Below are positions 37,516 to 47,854 of a stretch of DNA of 64,000 nt, in pieces. Each line of letters starts with the position of its first letter. The stretch's first letter is position 1. The notes beneath the pieces are model-generated. The model was given only the letters and a program-made list of their open reading frames with translations. It searched no databases and was not told where the DNA came from. The position numbers and the translations under genes are program-made. The DNA comes from an uncultured Myxococcales bacterium (GTDB lineage: Bacteria > Myxococcota > UBA4151), in contig CAXGWI010000002.1 in assembly GCA_964013405.1 (NCBI GenBank), positions 32,040 through 96,039 of the forward strand, in the 5' to 3' direction.

Positions 37516-39148
37516 GCTGATCTCGTGTGAAGGGCTTGGCCAGATAATCGTCCATTCCCGCGGCTAAGCAGCGTTCTCGGTCCCCTTTGATGACTTGGGC
37601 AGTGAGCGCGACGATCGGTGGCCTTTGCTCTTCTGGGAGCTCGTCTCTGATTTTTTGCGTTGCCTCCAGACCATCCATCTCCGGCATGCGGCAATCCATG
37701 AGGACGAGGTCAAAGGACTTCTGCTTGACCAAATCCACGGCTTCCAGGCCGTTGCCCGCAATGGTGACGGTGCAGCCCAAGCCCTCCAGCATGATCCGCG
37801 CAACTTTCTGGGTCAGGGTGTGGTCTTCGGCCACAAGGACTTCGAGCGGCTGGAGTGCGGGGACTTGTTGCGTGAGGGCCGGAGCCATACGGACAGAAGG
37901 CTCGGTCGAGCGCAGCAAGGGGAGTTCAAACCAAAAGCGGCTGCCTCGGCCAGCCTCACTCTCAAGCCCGATTCGACCTTCCATCGCTTCGACAAGCCGT
38001 TTGTTGATCGCCAAGCCGAGGCCACTGCCGGATGCAGTAGGGTCCAACTGGCCGAATTCGGAAAACAGCGAGCCCTGATCACTCAAGGGAACGCCGTGGC
38101 CAGTGTCACCCACCTCGAAGAGCAGAGAGATCTCCTCGCCGTTCTCGTCGGCGACAGCGACCCGCAAATGAATGCCGCCCACGCTCGTAAACTTGAAGGC
38201 ATTGGTCAGGAAGTTGTGTAGTACCTGCCGGATGCGGCCTGGATCACCTCGAACCCAGCGAGGTACATCGGATTCGATCTCGCACTTCCAGTTCAACTCT
38301 TCTCGGAACGCTCGGTCTTGGTAGAGGTGGTCGACCTGCTTGATCAACTTGGGCAGTTCAAAGGCGCGAGGCTGTATGAGTAGTTCCCCCGCTTCGACCT
38401 GGGAGAGGTCGATAATGTCGTTAATGATGTGGATAAGGCTAGACTGGGTTTGTTTGAGGGTCTCGACATACATCCGTGGTGTCGCCGGTAGATCCGAGTC
38501 GCTGAGGGCTTCTGTGAGCCCGATAATACCGGTCATCGGGGTGCGGAGCTCGTGGCTCACCCGGGCGAGAAAGCGACTTTTTGCCGTATTTGCCCGCTGG
38601 GCTTCGTTTCGTGCCGAATCCAAATTATGGATGATTTTGTCATTGGCCTGCATGAGCCCGCTGACCAGAAGGGTTATCACCCACAGCAAGGCGATCAGAG
38701 AGGCGGAGACAATGTTTGGGTCAACCCCCGGCTGCTTGATCGGAGAGATTTCGTTGAGGACGAGGAGCAGGACCGTGCTGACGCCTCCCCAGACGATGGC
38801 GCTTCGAATTCCGATCAAGATCGCTGCCAATATGGGGACGATGATGATCCAGAACGGGATCCCGCCGCGGCCAAAGTAGAGCCGGGAGAAACCGATGGCG
38901 ACGATGGCGAGGATGCACAGCAGGTGGGCTGGCAGTTTCGAGTTGGGCAGTTGCCGGCTGATGACGATGGTACCAATGCCGACGAGGGAGAGCAGGGCGA
39001 CGACGAACCCTGCTTGATTGCCCTGGAGTAAATCGATCCCAGCAAAGAGGATCCCGACAAAGCAACAAGCGAGCCCGTAACGCTGAAAGGTTGTCGATCT
39101 CGTGCTGGGTGCAGTCATTGGTATCGGCGTGTCGCTTAGCTCGTCCAC
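37481..39148 (-). CDS. Hybrid sensor histidine kinase/response regulator
   Basis: Multi-TM N-terminus; AKSRFLARVSHELRTP, NFLTNAFKFT, GSGLGLAI; receiver VLMDCRMPEMDG. Confidence 0.93.
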   Translation of the reverse strand: MDELSDTPIPMTAPSTRSTTFQRYGLACCFVGILFAGIDLLQGNQAGFVVALLSLVGIGTIVISRQLPNSKLPAHLLCILAIVAIGFSRLYFGRGGIPFWIIIVPILAAILIGIRSAIVWGGVSTVLLLVLNEISPIKQPGVDPNIVSASLIALLWVITLLVSGLMQANDKIIHNLDSARNEAQRANTAKSRFLARVSHELRTPMTGIIGLTEALSDSDLPATPRMYVETLKQTQSSLIHIINDIIDLSQVEAGELLIQPRAFELPKLIKQVDHLYQDRAFREELNWKCEIESDVPRWVRGDPGRIRQVLHNFLTNAFKFTSVGGIHLRVAVADENGEEISLLFEVGDTGHGVPLSDQGSLFSEFGQLDPTASGSGLGLAINKRLVEAMEGRIGLESEAGRGSRFWFELPLLRSTEPSVRMAPALTQQVPALQPLEVLVAEDHTLTQKVARIMLEGLGCTVTIAGNGLEAVDLVKQKSFDLVLMDCRMPEMDGLEATQKIRDELPEEQRPPIVALTAQVIKGDRERCLAAGMDDYLAKPFTRDQLMGILTRWGPS

Positions 39149-39156
39149 GGTGGGTT

Positions 39157-40488
39157 CTAAGTTGAATGGCTAGGGTGCATCTCATCCGTGATCTTGAGCG
39201 CTTCGTCAAACGCGGCAAGGGCAGTTGCGATCTCCTCTTCAGAGATCACCAGAGGGGGCGTGATCATGACATGACTCCAACGGATAGCGGTGTAAATGCC
39301 GCGCTCAAGCAACAGGCTTTTGAAGCGCTCCATTAAAGGGTGCGTCCCATTAAAGGGTGCGATCGGTGTGCCTTTCCCATCCCGACCTAAATCCATCATG
39401 GCCAACAGGCCACGGCAGCGAAAAGACGCCAGCGAAGGATGTCTTCCTTTGAGTTCGGTCAGTCCTTTGATGAGGACCGTTTCCAACTCACGGGCCCGAG
39501 ACATTAGGTCTTCCTCTTCAAGGACTTTGAGTGTGGCGTCGGCCGCCACTAAACACATGGGGTGACTGTTGTAGGTTAGGCCACCGGGGTAGGGGTTTTG
39601 GTCAAAGCGATCTGCGATGGTGCGGCTCATTCCGACAACGCCCAAGGGGGCATGTCCTCCTGTGATGCCCTTCGCCAAGGTGACGAGATCGGGAACGACG
39701 CCCTCGTGTTCCGCGGCGAGGAAACGCCCGGTTCGGCCAGCGCCGCACAGAACCTCATCAAGGACCAGCAATATCCCCCGGCGGTCGAGCATGGCTTTAA
39801 GCCGGCGGAGATAGTCCGGTGTTGGGGGGGGCTCTGCCCCATTGATACCGGTCATCGTTTCCATAAAGAAGGCGGCGATCTGATCCGCACCCTCAGCATC
39901 GATCACTTCTTCAAGATAACGAAGATGGGCCCCTGTGATGGCTTCTGGGTCTTCAGCAAACCGAAAGCTATAAGGCTTCGGGTCGAGAACTTTCACAAAG
40001 CCGGGAGGACCGGGTTCCCCGGGCCAGCGCCTTGGGTCCCCCGTCAGTTGCAAGGCGCCAGCCGTGGCACCGTGATAACTCCGATAGCGGCTCAGGATTT
40101 TATGCCGGCCTGTGACCGCCCGAGCGATGCGTATGGCGTTCTCGTTGGCGTCGGCTCCCCCCAGAGTGAAGAGAAAGGTATCGAGGTTACCAGGACAGAG
40201 GCGGGCGAGGCGTTGTCCAAGCCTGGCTCGAATCTCCGTGGCGAAAGCCGGCGCAGCATAGGGGAGGGTATCGAGTTGGGCCTTCATGGCCGCGACCACC
40301 TCAGGGTGTTGATGACCAAGGCTTGCCGACATGCTCTGGGCCACGAGATCTAAATAGGTTTTGCCATTACTGCATCGAAAGGTCGCGCCCCTTGAAGAAA
40401 CCATCGTCAAAGGCTGAACGCGCCCCTGAGCGCTCCACGTAAAGAGCGTGTGGCGTTGGCAATCTTCTGCGATCTGGTCAGCGGTCAC
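39157..40488 (-). CDS. Class III PLP aminotransferase
   Basis: GGADANENA, YRSYHGAT, LDEVLCGAGRTG, PDLVTLAKGITGG, ITPPLVI. Confidence 0.93.
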   Translation of the reverse strand: MTADQIAEDCQRHTLFTWSAQGRVQPLTMVSSRGATFRCSNGKTYLDLVAQSMSASLGHQHPEVVAAMKAQLDTLPYAAPAFATEIRARLGQRLARLCPGNLDTFLFTLGGADANENAIRIARAVTGRHKILSRYRSYHGATAGALQLTGDPRRWPGEPGPPGFVKVLDPKPYSFRFAEDPEAITGAHLRYLEEVIDAEGADQIAAFFMETMTGINGAEPPPTPDYLRRLKAMLDRRGILLVLDEVLCGAGRTGRFLAAEHEGVVPDLVTLAKGITGGHAPLGVVGMSRTIADRFDQNPYPGGLTYNSHPMCLVAADATLKVLEEEDLMSRARELETVLIKGLTELKGRHPSLASFRCRGLLAMMDLGRDGKGTPIAPFNGTHPLMERFKSLLLERGIYTAIRWSHVMITPPLVISEEEIATALAAFDEALKITDEMHPSHST

Positions 40489-40504
40489 AATCTACCCCCG
40501 GCCT

Positions 40505-41401
40505 TCATGCACGAAGCGAAAGCGCATTGGGAAGCCCTGTCACCCTGTCGCTACCCGGGAAACGCCCCATCACTTTGACAGACTGATTGGGATAGGGCGC
40601 GTTTTTGGCCACCTGCTGAGGCAGATCGCTTCCTGCACTGAGCCCGATCACCGTACTGCCGGAGCCACACAAAAGAGGGCAGAGCCCGGCGCCTTCAAGG
40701 TAATCAAGGCACTTCGCAACGGCCGGGCTACGTCGGCGGACAGGCTCGGTAAAGCTGTTGTGGACCTGGCGAAGGGCGCCCTGGGCATCGCCGCGCGCCA
40801 TCGCCTGGATCAGAGTAGAGAGCTCTCCTGTCCCGGTGGCGTCTTCGGCCAGTCCATCCTCATCGAGCCAGCCGTAGGCAGTGGGCGTCGCTATGGGTTC
40901 ACCTGGAAAGAGAAGGAGGCCGCAGAGTTTCAAATCCGGGGCCTGGATTAAGCGAAGTCGCTCGCCGCGACCTTGGGCGAGGCAGGATTGACCCGCGAGA
41001 AAAAAAGGCACGTCTGAACCGAGTTGGGCTGCCAGATCCAAAAGGACGGGAAAGGGGGTATTCAGCCCCCAGAAGGCATCCATGGCCAAAAGGGCCGCCG
41101 CAGCGTTTGATGAACCACCGCCGAGACCACCGCCTGCTGGGATCCGTTTGCGAACCCGGATGCGAGCGCCCGGTAGGTTTCGCCCGGCCTGCAAGGCCAG
41201 CGCCGCGCGACCGGTGAGGTCGTCGGAAAGCCCAAGGCCGGTATCACTCACGAGGGTCAACTCCGGTGCGGACTCGACTTCAAGATGATCTGCTAGGTCG
41301 AGGCCCACCATGACCGTATCGAGATCGTGAAATCCGTCGGGACGCTCACCACGCGTGCGTAGGTAGAGGTTGATTTTTGCGGGGGCTGCTCGTTGGATCA
41401 T
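40505..41401 (-). CDS. ispE: 4-diphosphocytidyl-2-C-methyl-D-erythritol kinase
   Basis: APAKINLYL, RPDGFHDL, KRIPAGGGLGGGSSNAA, LGSDVPFF, CGSGSTV. Confidence 0.95.
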   Translation of the reverse strand: MIQRAAPAKINLYLRTRGERPDGFHDLDTVMVGLDLADHLEVESAPELTLVSDTGLGLSDDLTGRAALALQAGRNLPGARIRVRKRIPAGGGLGGGSSNAAAALLAMDAFWGLNTPFPVLLDLAAQLGSDVPFFLAGQSCLAQGRGERLRLIQAPDLKLCGLLLFPGEPIATPTAYGWLDEDGLAEDATGTGELSTLIQAMARGDAQGALRQVHNSFTEPVRRRSPAVAKCLDYLEGAGLCPLLCGSGSTVIGLSAGSDLPQQVAKNAPYPNQSVKVMGRFPGSDRVTGLPNALSLRA

Positions 41402-41464
41402 AAGCTGGCATCGACCTCGGCTAGAGGCCTTGAACATGTCCTGGCCTCGGGTCAAGGCAGTGTC

Positions 41465-42370
41465 ATGGTATTGATGGAAAAACTAGCTGCTGCTTGGGCC
41501 CGCCGTGAGTCACTCCACGGGGATTCGAACACGACGGCCTACCGGCTCTTCCATGGTCATGGTGAAGGCGACTCTGCACTCAATGTGGATCGGTTTGGGG
41601 AGGCCCTTGTTCTTTGGCTTCGGCGTCCGGAGATGGTGGACCTGTCTGCGGTCACCGCGTTTTATCAAGCCCGACTTGGCCCGGAGGTTATCGTGGTGAA
41701 AGAAGGGGCTCGAGATCCAGGCCGACTACTTCTTGGCTCTGAACCGGAAGCTCCGCTGATTGTGACGGAGGACGGTCTGTCCTACGCGGTGGATCTACTC
41801 GCAGCCCAAAATGCCGGCTTCTTCCTGGATGCTCGACCTGCTCGGCAATGGCTTCGATGCAACAGCCAAGACCGTAGAATAGCCAACCTTTTTGCCTATA
41901 CGGGGAGCCTTGGAGTGGCGGCTCGTGCAGGGGGGGCGCGCTCGATTGAACACGTTGATCTTCAATCGGGTCAACTCAAGCGGGCGCGGTTGAACCATCA
42001 CATCAATGCCCAGCCTGTAGACGACCGTGACTTTCAGGCGATGGAGGTGGGTCGCTGGTTACGCATCGCGGTGAAAAAGGGACGCCGGTTCGATGGCTTG
42101 ATTTTGGACCCTCCGCCCCGAACGCCCCACGGTCGAGCCCGCTTTCGTCGAGAAAGCCTCTACCGATGGGGGGCGCAAGCGCTGAACTCCGGTGGCTGGA
42201 TGCTGATCTTCTTCAATCGTCGGGGCGCCGATCGGGAGGCAGAAGGACGAGCCTTTCTCGAGTCAGTAGACCTTCCTATGGAGCAGATCTGGCAGGGGAC
42301 GAGCGGCGTGGACTTTCCGGAGGAAGCCCCCGGCGACCGGCTTAGCTTGGTGGCCTATGCACGACCTTGA
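41465..42370 (+). CDS. Class I SAM-dependent rRNA methyltransferase (RlmI/RlmK-like)
   Basis: AYRLFHG, NVDRFG, GFFLDARP, NLFAYTGS, FDGLILDPP; start uncertain. Confidence 0.85.
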   Translation: MVLMEKLAAAWARRESLHGDSNTTAYRLFHGHGEGDSALNVDRFGEALVLWLRRPEMVDLSAVTAFYQARLGPEVIVVKEGARDPGRLLLGSEPEAPLIVTEDGLSYAVDLLAAQNAGFFLDARPARQWLRCNSQDRRIANLFAYTGSLGVAARAGGARSIEHVDLQSGQLKRARLNHHINAQPVDDRDFQAMEVGRWLRIAVKKGRRFDGLILDPPPRTPHGRARFRRESLYRWGAQALNSGGWMLIFFNRRGADREAEGRAFLESVDLPMEQIWQGTSGVDFPEEAPGDRLSLVAYARP

Positions 42371-42440
42371 ACCCGGCCCCTCGTGCGGGCGCGACAAAAA
42401 ACAGGCGGGCTGATCACGGCGGTCCTATGATGGCCGGGAG

Positions 42441-43142
42441 ATGAACCGCCCCATGCGACCATTTAGTTTCTTCCTCTGCCTAGCGAGTGCTTGCGGAACC
42501 GCTGGGCCGGTGGACTCCAGGCCCGCCTGGCATGCCGAGGTCGCAGGGGGCAGTGACTGCCAACGTTGGCAACGGCGAGCGACGGAGGAAAAGCCAGAGA
42601 GTCGCTGGCACCAAAGGGCCTTATGGCGATGGTGTCGCTGCCAATTGGAGGCAAACCAGGACCCGTCCGAGCCGCTACTGCGGATGGCTTCTTTGGGAAG
42701 CGAAGCAGGCTATTTGAGTGATGGCATCGCAGAAGCGCTTGCCGACGAGGGATTGAGCTTGTCGCTGCGGCGACGACTTGCAGGACAACTCGAGGGAGAG
42801 CTCACGGGGGAACCGGCCGCCGCACTCGCTTGGGGTCGGGCGATGATGGAGCCCGAGGCGTCAAGAACATCAGCACTGCGGGCAGTCATTCGTTTGGACA
42901 CCCACGGTTGGAGAGGGCGCCATGCCCGGGCCTTGCTCGCTGAGAAAGCCCCGCCGGAAGAGGCAGCGGCTTTGCTTGAGGCGGCCCTTGAGCCCCACCC
43001 GAGCGTCCTGGCCAGTCTGGGCCATTCGGAGTTTGGCGGTAGCCTCAGGGCAGCTCAGCGATGGCTTGAACTCTGCGAGAAGCATCCGACCCTCCGTTGC
43101 AAGAAGCGGGCGGCCAAGCGGCTCTCGGAGTTATCCCGATGA
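42441..43142 (+). CDS. Hypothetical helical lipoprotein heading the MCE operon
   Basis: Lipobox LASAC; Ala/Arg/Leu-rich; ATGA overlap with the ABC ATPase gene. Confidence 0.65.
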   Translation: MNRPMRPFSFFLCLASACGTAGPVDSRPAWHAEVAGGSDCQRWQRRATEEKPESRWHQRALWRWCRCQLEANQDPSEPLLRMASLGSEAGYLSDGIAEALADEGLSLSLRRRLAGQLEGELTGEPAAALAWGRAMMEPEASRTSALRAVIRLDTHGWRGRHARALLAEKAPPEEAAALLEAALEPHPSVLASLGHSEFGGSLRAAQRWLELCEKHPTLRCKKRAAKRLSELSR

Positions 43143-43837
43143 TCCAATTCGATGAGATCACGATCGGTCCGATTCGCAACTTGAGCCTGCGCTTAGAGCG
43201 CGGACTCGTTTATGGCCTGTTGGGCCCCTCCCAATCGGGAAAATCGAATTTGTTGTGGTGCCTTGCGGGCCTCCTGCCACCGGAGCAAGGCACCGTGGAT
43301 GTCTTTGGCCGGCGGCTCTATAGTGGTGATGCGGCTGATCACCTGGCCCACCGCGCAGATGTTGGCGTGGTCTTTGATCAGCCGGCCATTTTGCCGGAAC
43401 TTACAACCCTTGAGAATGTTCGCTTGCCCCTGGATTTGCGCGGCGTTGAAACGGATGTCGGCGACGAGCGAGCCCGCTATTTGTTGGACCGCATGGGGCT
43501 CAAAGAGGCCGAAGGGAAGCGCCCCAGCGAGCTCTCTGGGGGCATGCTCACCCGGCTGCAAGTGGCTCGAGCTCTTGCCGCCCGCCCGGCCCTCCTCCTC
43601 TTTGATGGCCCGACCGCTGGCCTGGATCCCGTGACGGCTGCCCGTTTGCTGAAATTGCTCCGGGAATGCGTCAACGAAAGTCAGGCCACCGGCTTCGTGA
43701 CGAGCCACGACCTCACCGGCGCCATGGCAGCCTGTGATGCTATTTTGCTGGTGAGCAAGGGGCACTTGCGCGGCCCCTTGCCACCGGAACTTGCCGGCGA
43801 CGTACAGCGGTTTCATCAGGGGGAAGAGCCGTGGTAG
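43139..43837 (+). CDS. mlaF: MlaF-like ABC ATPase 1 (degenerate Walker B)
   Basis: GPSQSGKS, LSGGM, LLLFDGPTAGLDP, TSHD. Confidence 0.8.
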   Translation: MIQFDEITIGPIRNLSLRLERGLVYGLLGPSQSGKSNLLWCLAGLLPPEQGTVDVFGRRLYSGDAADHLAHRADVGVVFDQPAILPELTTLENVRLPLDLRGVETDVGDERARYLLDRMGLKEAEGKRPSELSGGMLTRLQVARALAARPALLLFDGPTAGLDPVTAARLLKLLRECVNESQATGFVTSHDLTGAMAACDAILLVSKGHLRGPLPPELAGDVQRFHQGEEPW

Positions 43838-44580
43838 CGCGGGTGCTGAAAACCTTGGCCCGACCTTGGGACTGGGCGATGGAGCCGCTGGCCTTATTGC
43901 GGAGCTGCCTGACGGTTCGTCCCGATTTTCGAGCCACACTCTCCCAACTGGAGCACTTCGGTTATCGGTCCATGGGGATTGTGGCGACGGCAGGTTTGGC
44001 CGTCGGCGGGATTGTGGCCGTCCATACCGGGGGTTATGTACGAGACTACTCAGCCGGTGACCTTGCCGGCTGGGCCGTTGGCTATGCCACCTTGCGGGAG
44101 ATCGGCCCCCTGCTCACGGGACTGTTGCTTGCTGGCCGCGTCGGCGCCATGAATGCGGCCGAGCTCGCAGACATGAAGGCCCGGGACCAAATCCTGGGCT
44201 TGGAGGCGCTGGGTCTTAATCCGGTTCCTTTGGTGATTGGGCCACGGGTGTGGGCGGCTTTCGTCGCCGGTATCCTGCTTTACAGTTTGGCCGCGTTGTG
44301 CGCGCTGACGACCGCGGTGCTGGGTGTGGCGCTAAGCGGTGGTCTCAATCTCCAGCCCTTCTTGATTTCGCTGCATACAGGGACACCGGTCGCCTACTTG
44401 CTCATCGGTCAGTTCAAGGCCGGTGTCTTCGCCTTGGTGGTGGCCTTGTGGTCGACGAAAGAAGGCCTGAAAGCGTCCGCCGGGGGAGCTGAGGTCGGCA
44501 GGGCGGTGAACAACGCGGCCGTCGGCAGCGCCGTGGGAATTGTGGTGGCCAACTTCTTCCTCACCTTGGTGCTGCCGTGA
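43831..44580 (+). CDS. mlaE: MlaE-family ABC permease 1
   Basis: LREIGPLLTGLLLAGRVGA..AAELADMK..DQI..LEALG; GGAEVGRAV. Confidence 0.88.
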   Translation: MVARVLKTLARPWDWAMEPLALLRSCLTVRPDFRATLSQLEHFGYRSMGIVATAGLAVGGIVAVHTGGYVRDYSAGDLAGWAVGYATLREIGPLLTGLLLAGRVGAMNAAELADMKARDQILGLEALGLNPVPLVIGPRVWAAFVAGILLYSLAALCALTTAVLGVALSGGLNLQPFLISLHTGTPVAYLLIGQFKAGVFALVVALWSTKEGLKASAGGAEVGRAVNNAAVGSAVGIVVANFFLTLVLP

Positions 44581-45287
44581 CGACCTCGCCTCGGACCGGT
44601 GTTCGCCCGCCCTGGCTCGCGGGTCAGGCTTGGCTACACCTCGACCATATGTCCGTCGGCAGTTTGCCCCTGATATTGATCACTTTGGGACTCACAGGTG
44701 TTGCTTTTGCCCGGGAGGGCGCCGTGCAGGCGCTGCGCATCATTGGTACCGCCGAAGTGCTCGGACCCCAGTTTCTCGAACTCGCCGTCGCAGAGCTCGG
44801 ACCGATCATTACAGGCTTGATGCTGACCGTCCGTGTCGGTTCTGGAATCGCTGCTGAGATCGGCAACCTGACAGTCAGTCACGCAACGGTTGCCTATCGG
44901 ACCTTCGGGGGGCGACCGTTACGGGATCTGGTGATGCCTCGGGTCTGGGCCGGTGCGGCCGGGTGTATGATTTTAGTGCCCATCGGGACGGCGAGTTTCG
45001 TCCTAAGTGGCACCGCTGCCGTTTGGTTTTGGTTTGATGTTCCGCCTCAAGAGTTTCTCTTCCTACGTGGCCTCGAACCGGTCACTGTGGCGGCATCCGT
45101 CGCCAAGAGTCTGGGATTTGGTGCGGCGATTCCGTTCATCGCAGCCCGGGCCGGCTTGCGCGCTCGAGGTGGCTCGGGGGCGGTTGGTGAGGCGGCGGCG
45201 GTGGCCGTGGTCCAAGGCACCATCGCAGTCCTATTTATCGATCTTCTCATCTCAACAGCGATGGTCGCCGCTCGGGGCATGCTATGA
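44577..45287 (+). CDS. mlaE: MlaE-family ABC permease 2
   Basis: ELGPIITGLMLTVRVGSGIAAEIG, LVMPRV, GGSGAVGEA. Confidence 0.85.
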   Translation: MTTSPRTGVRPPWLAGQAWLHLDHMSVGSLPLILITLGLTGVAFAREGAVQALRIIGTAEVLGPQFLELAVAELGPIITGLMLTVRVGSGIAAEIGNLTVSHATVAYRTFGGRPLRDLVMPRVWAGAAGCMILVPIGTASFVLSGTAAVWFWFDVPPQEFLFLRGLEPVTVAASVAKSLGFGAAIPFIAARAGLRARGGSGAVGEAAAVAVVQGTIAVLFIDLLISTAMVAARGML

Positions 45288-46030
45288 CCCAGCCCATCCG
45301 TGTGACGAATCTTTCCAAGGCCTTTGGTGATCAAGTCGTACTCGACGGCATCGACCTTCACGTGGACCATGGCGAGATCCTCTATGTTGTCGGGCCTTCC
45401 GGCACTGGAAAGTCTGTTCTGAGTCGCTGTGTGCTTGGATTGATGGCGCCAGATGGTGGTCAGATCGAATTGGATGGTCGGCCGATCCCTGAGTTTGGTG
45501 CGCCGGAATGGCTCTCTGTTCGGCGCCGGGTTGCGATGGTGGTGCAGTTCCCCGCGTTGCTCGAAGAACGATCTGTGGTGGAAAACATCGCGCTGGCCGC
45601 CCGCTATGGCCGGGGACTGCGGGCAGTCCAGGCCGATCGTATGGCTCTTGATTTGATGGAGCGACTGCAAATTCGTCATCTGGCCTTCACAGACCCTGGG
45701 GATCTCGGGCCCGGTCTCGCCAAGGCGGTTGCCCTCGCCCGGGCCTTGGCCGTGGGGGCGAGCACACTTGTTCTCGACGAACCGACCACGGGGCTCGACC
45801 CGATTCAGGCGAAGGTGGTCGATGAAGCCATTGTCGAGGTGGTCCGCAGCGCTGGGTTAGCCTGCCTGGTCATCAGTCACGATTTGGAAGGGATGCAGAA
45901 AGTCGCAGACCGGGCCCTCATGCTGTATCAAGGCAAAGTCCACGTCGCGGGGACGCCCGCGAGCTTGGCGTCGGAGCCAGACCCTGTCTGGCAACAGTTC
46001 TTGAGGGGTGAAGCGGAGGGCCCCCTTTAA
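45284..46030 (+). CDS. mlaF: MlaF-like ABC ATPase 2 (degenerate signature)
   Basis: GPSGTGKSV, signature position LGPGL, LVLDEPTTGLDP, ISHD, QQFLRGEAEGP. Confidence 0.88.
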   Translation: MTQPIRVTNLSKAFGDQVVLDGIDLHVDHGEILYVVGPSGTGKSVLSRCVLGLMAPDGGQIELDGRPIPEFGAPEWLSVRRRVAMVVQFPALLEERSVVENIALAARYGRGLRAVQADRMALDLMERLQIRHLAFTDPGDLGPGLAKAVALARALAVGASTLVLDEPTTGLDPIQAKVVDEAIVEVVRSAGLACLVISHDLEGMQKVADRALMLYQGKVHVAGTPASLASEPDPVWQQFLRGEAEGPL

Positions 46031-47091
46031 TGGCGAACCTTGTCACACGGCTAAGGGTTGCGGTGCTCGCATTGTTGAGCCTCGTTCTCTTTCTTGGCCT
46101 GCTTGCCTACTTGGCCGACTGGCTGCCGGATCGCGGTCATTCGGTTCACGTACGGTTTAGCCAGGCGGGGCCCCTCCATGGTGGAGCCCGGGTCCGCTTG
46201 GCCGGGCAGACCATCGGCCGAGTCCGGACCGTACGGCTGTTAACGGCCGAAGAACGGGCCTCTGCTCAAGGTCACCTCCTCCAGGTGGAGTTGAGAATCC
46301 TGCCCGAGTTCGCCCACCTCGTAACGGAGCGAAGCCGTTTCCTCGTCACCACACGGGGGGTGCTCGGTGAGCATTATGTGGAGGTCGTCCCCGGCCCGCC
46401 CGGCGCGGACCTCCTCCAAGCAGACTCCGTGGTTTCCGGCGAAGACCTTCCCCGGACAGACCTCGTCCTTGCTCAGGTGCAGCGCCTGGTGAACCAGGTT
46501 ATCGAAGTGTTCGAATCGGATCCTGATTCGGCCCGCAGTCTTTTGCGCAACACGGCGAGCCTGATCGGACGGATGGATACGTGGTTCGACCGAAACGGGG
46601 GCGAGATGGACCGACTGGTTCGAGGGCTCTCCGATGCGAGCGAAGGCCTGGCCGCCGGCGTGGGCGACGGCCAAGCCATGGCCAACGCAGTGCGGCAGTT
46701 GACTCGGGCGAGCGAAATCCTGAGTCGGGACCTTCCGCCTGCTACCGACGGGATCGTCCGGGCCGCGGATGGTTTGGCCGGGACACTGACAACGGTTCAA
46801 TCAGCAGCCACGGGCATCGAAGGTGCGGTGGTTGAGGTGTCGACGGCAGCGGGCGATATCCAGCGTTTTCTGGGTAAAGACGGCGATGCCAGCCGTGCTC
46901 TCGAGGCCATCGTCGAGGTGGTGCCCACCGTGACCCGAGTGGTGAATGACTTGGGCGTGGTGGTGGCTTCACTGAAGAATGGTGAAGGGCTCGCAGGGGC
47001 CTTGCTGAAAGACCCAGAACCCCTCGAGGATTTCAAGGAGTTGCTCCACGAACTACGGGCCCAGCCATGGAAACTCGTCTGGAAGCGCTAG
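46030..47091 (+). CDS. mlaD: MlaD/MCE-family protein with long helical domain
   Basis: N-terminal TM, F.QAGPL..GARVRLAG..IGRV, GVLGEHYVEVVPG, long helical C-terminus, GEGLAGALL. Confidence 0.9.
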   Translation: MANLVTRLRVAVLALLSLVLFLGLLAYLADWLPDRGHSVHVRFSQAGPLHGGARVRLAGQTIGRVRTVRLLTAEERASAQGHLLQVELRILPEFAHLVTERSRFLVTTRGVLGEHYVEVVPGPPGADLLQADSVVSGEDLPRTDLVLAQVQRLVNQVIEVFESDPDSARSLLRNTASLIGRMDTWFDRNGGEMDRLVRGLSDASEGLAAGVGDGQAMANAVRQLTRASEILSRDLPPATDGIVRAADGLAGTLTTVQSAATGIEGAVVEVSTAAGDIQRFLGKDGDASRALEAIVEVVPTVTRVVNDLGVVVASLKNGEGLAGALLKDPEPLEDFKELLHELRAQPWKLVWKR

Positions 47092-47852
47092 TCACCTGGC
47101 CCACGGAGCGGGTTTTTCCCGAACGCCGTGAGCAGCGCGATGACCCCGTTGTGGTGGAGGAACCGCTGAGCATCTTTCTGCAGGGGGAGCCCTGGACAGT
47201 GACGATGCGCAGCCCTGGACACGATGAGGCCTTGGCCTTGGGCTTACTCTACAGCGAGGGGCTGATCCTTTCCCCCGATGATGTCGTTGGCATGGAGATC
47301 GATGGCGGTCTGCGAATCCGCTTGCGAGAGAAGCCCGATCTCAGCGCCCATCAGTACGCCCTTTGGCGAAGCTCTGCCTGTGGTCTGTGTGGGGCGCAGA
47401 GCATCGAGCAATTGGCCCAGCGCTGGTCCCCGGTACGCCACCGAACCCCGGCCCAGGAGCGGGAGTTGATGCATGCCCCGGAGCATTTGCAGGCCCGCCA
47501 GAAGATCTTCCAACTCACGGGGGGCATCCATGGCGCAAGCCTGGCTCGGGTCGGGGAGTCGTCGCCCCTGGCCGTGGCCGAGGATGTCGGTCGGCATAAT
47601 GCAGTCGATAAATTGCTTGGTTTGGCGCTGGTCAAGGGCTGGGTGAATGAACCGGGCTTGATTCTCTCGGTGACCAGCCGTGTTGGTTTTGAAATTGCAG
47701 CGAAGGCTTGGGCCCTGGGTTGTGAATATCTGGTCGCCGTTGGGGCGCCCACAAGCCTTGCCCTGGAAACCGCTGTGCGGGCTGAAATCACCGTAGCTGG
47801 TTTTGCTACGGGGGACCGTCTCAATCTCTACTGCGGCCGGGAACGCCTTTAG
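47067..47852 (+). CDS. fdhD: Formate dehydrogenase accessory sulfurtransferase
   Basis: VEEPL, TMRSPGHD, SSACGLCG, TGGIHGA, EDVGRHNAVDK. Confidence 0.93.
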   Translation: METRLEALVTWPTERVFPERREQRDDPVVVEEPLSIFLQGEPWTVTMRSPGHDEALALGLLYSEGLILSPDDVVGMEIDGGLRIRLREKPDLSAHQYALWRSSACGLCGAQSIEQLAQRWSPVRHRTPAQERELMHAPEHLQARQKIFQLTGGIHGASLARVGESSPLAVAEDVGRHNAVDKLLGLALVKGWVNEPGLILSVTSRVGFEIAAKAWALGCEYLVAVGAPTSLALETAVRAEITVAGFATGDRLNLYCGRERL

Positions 47853-47854
47853 CC

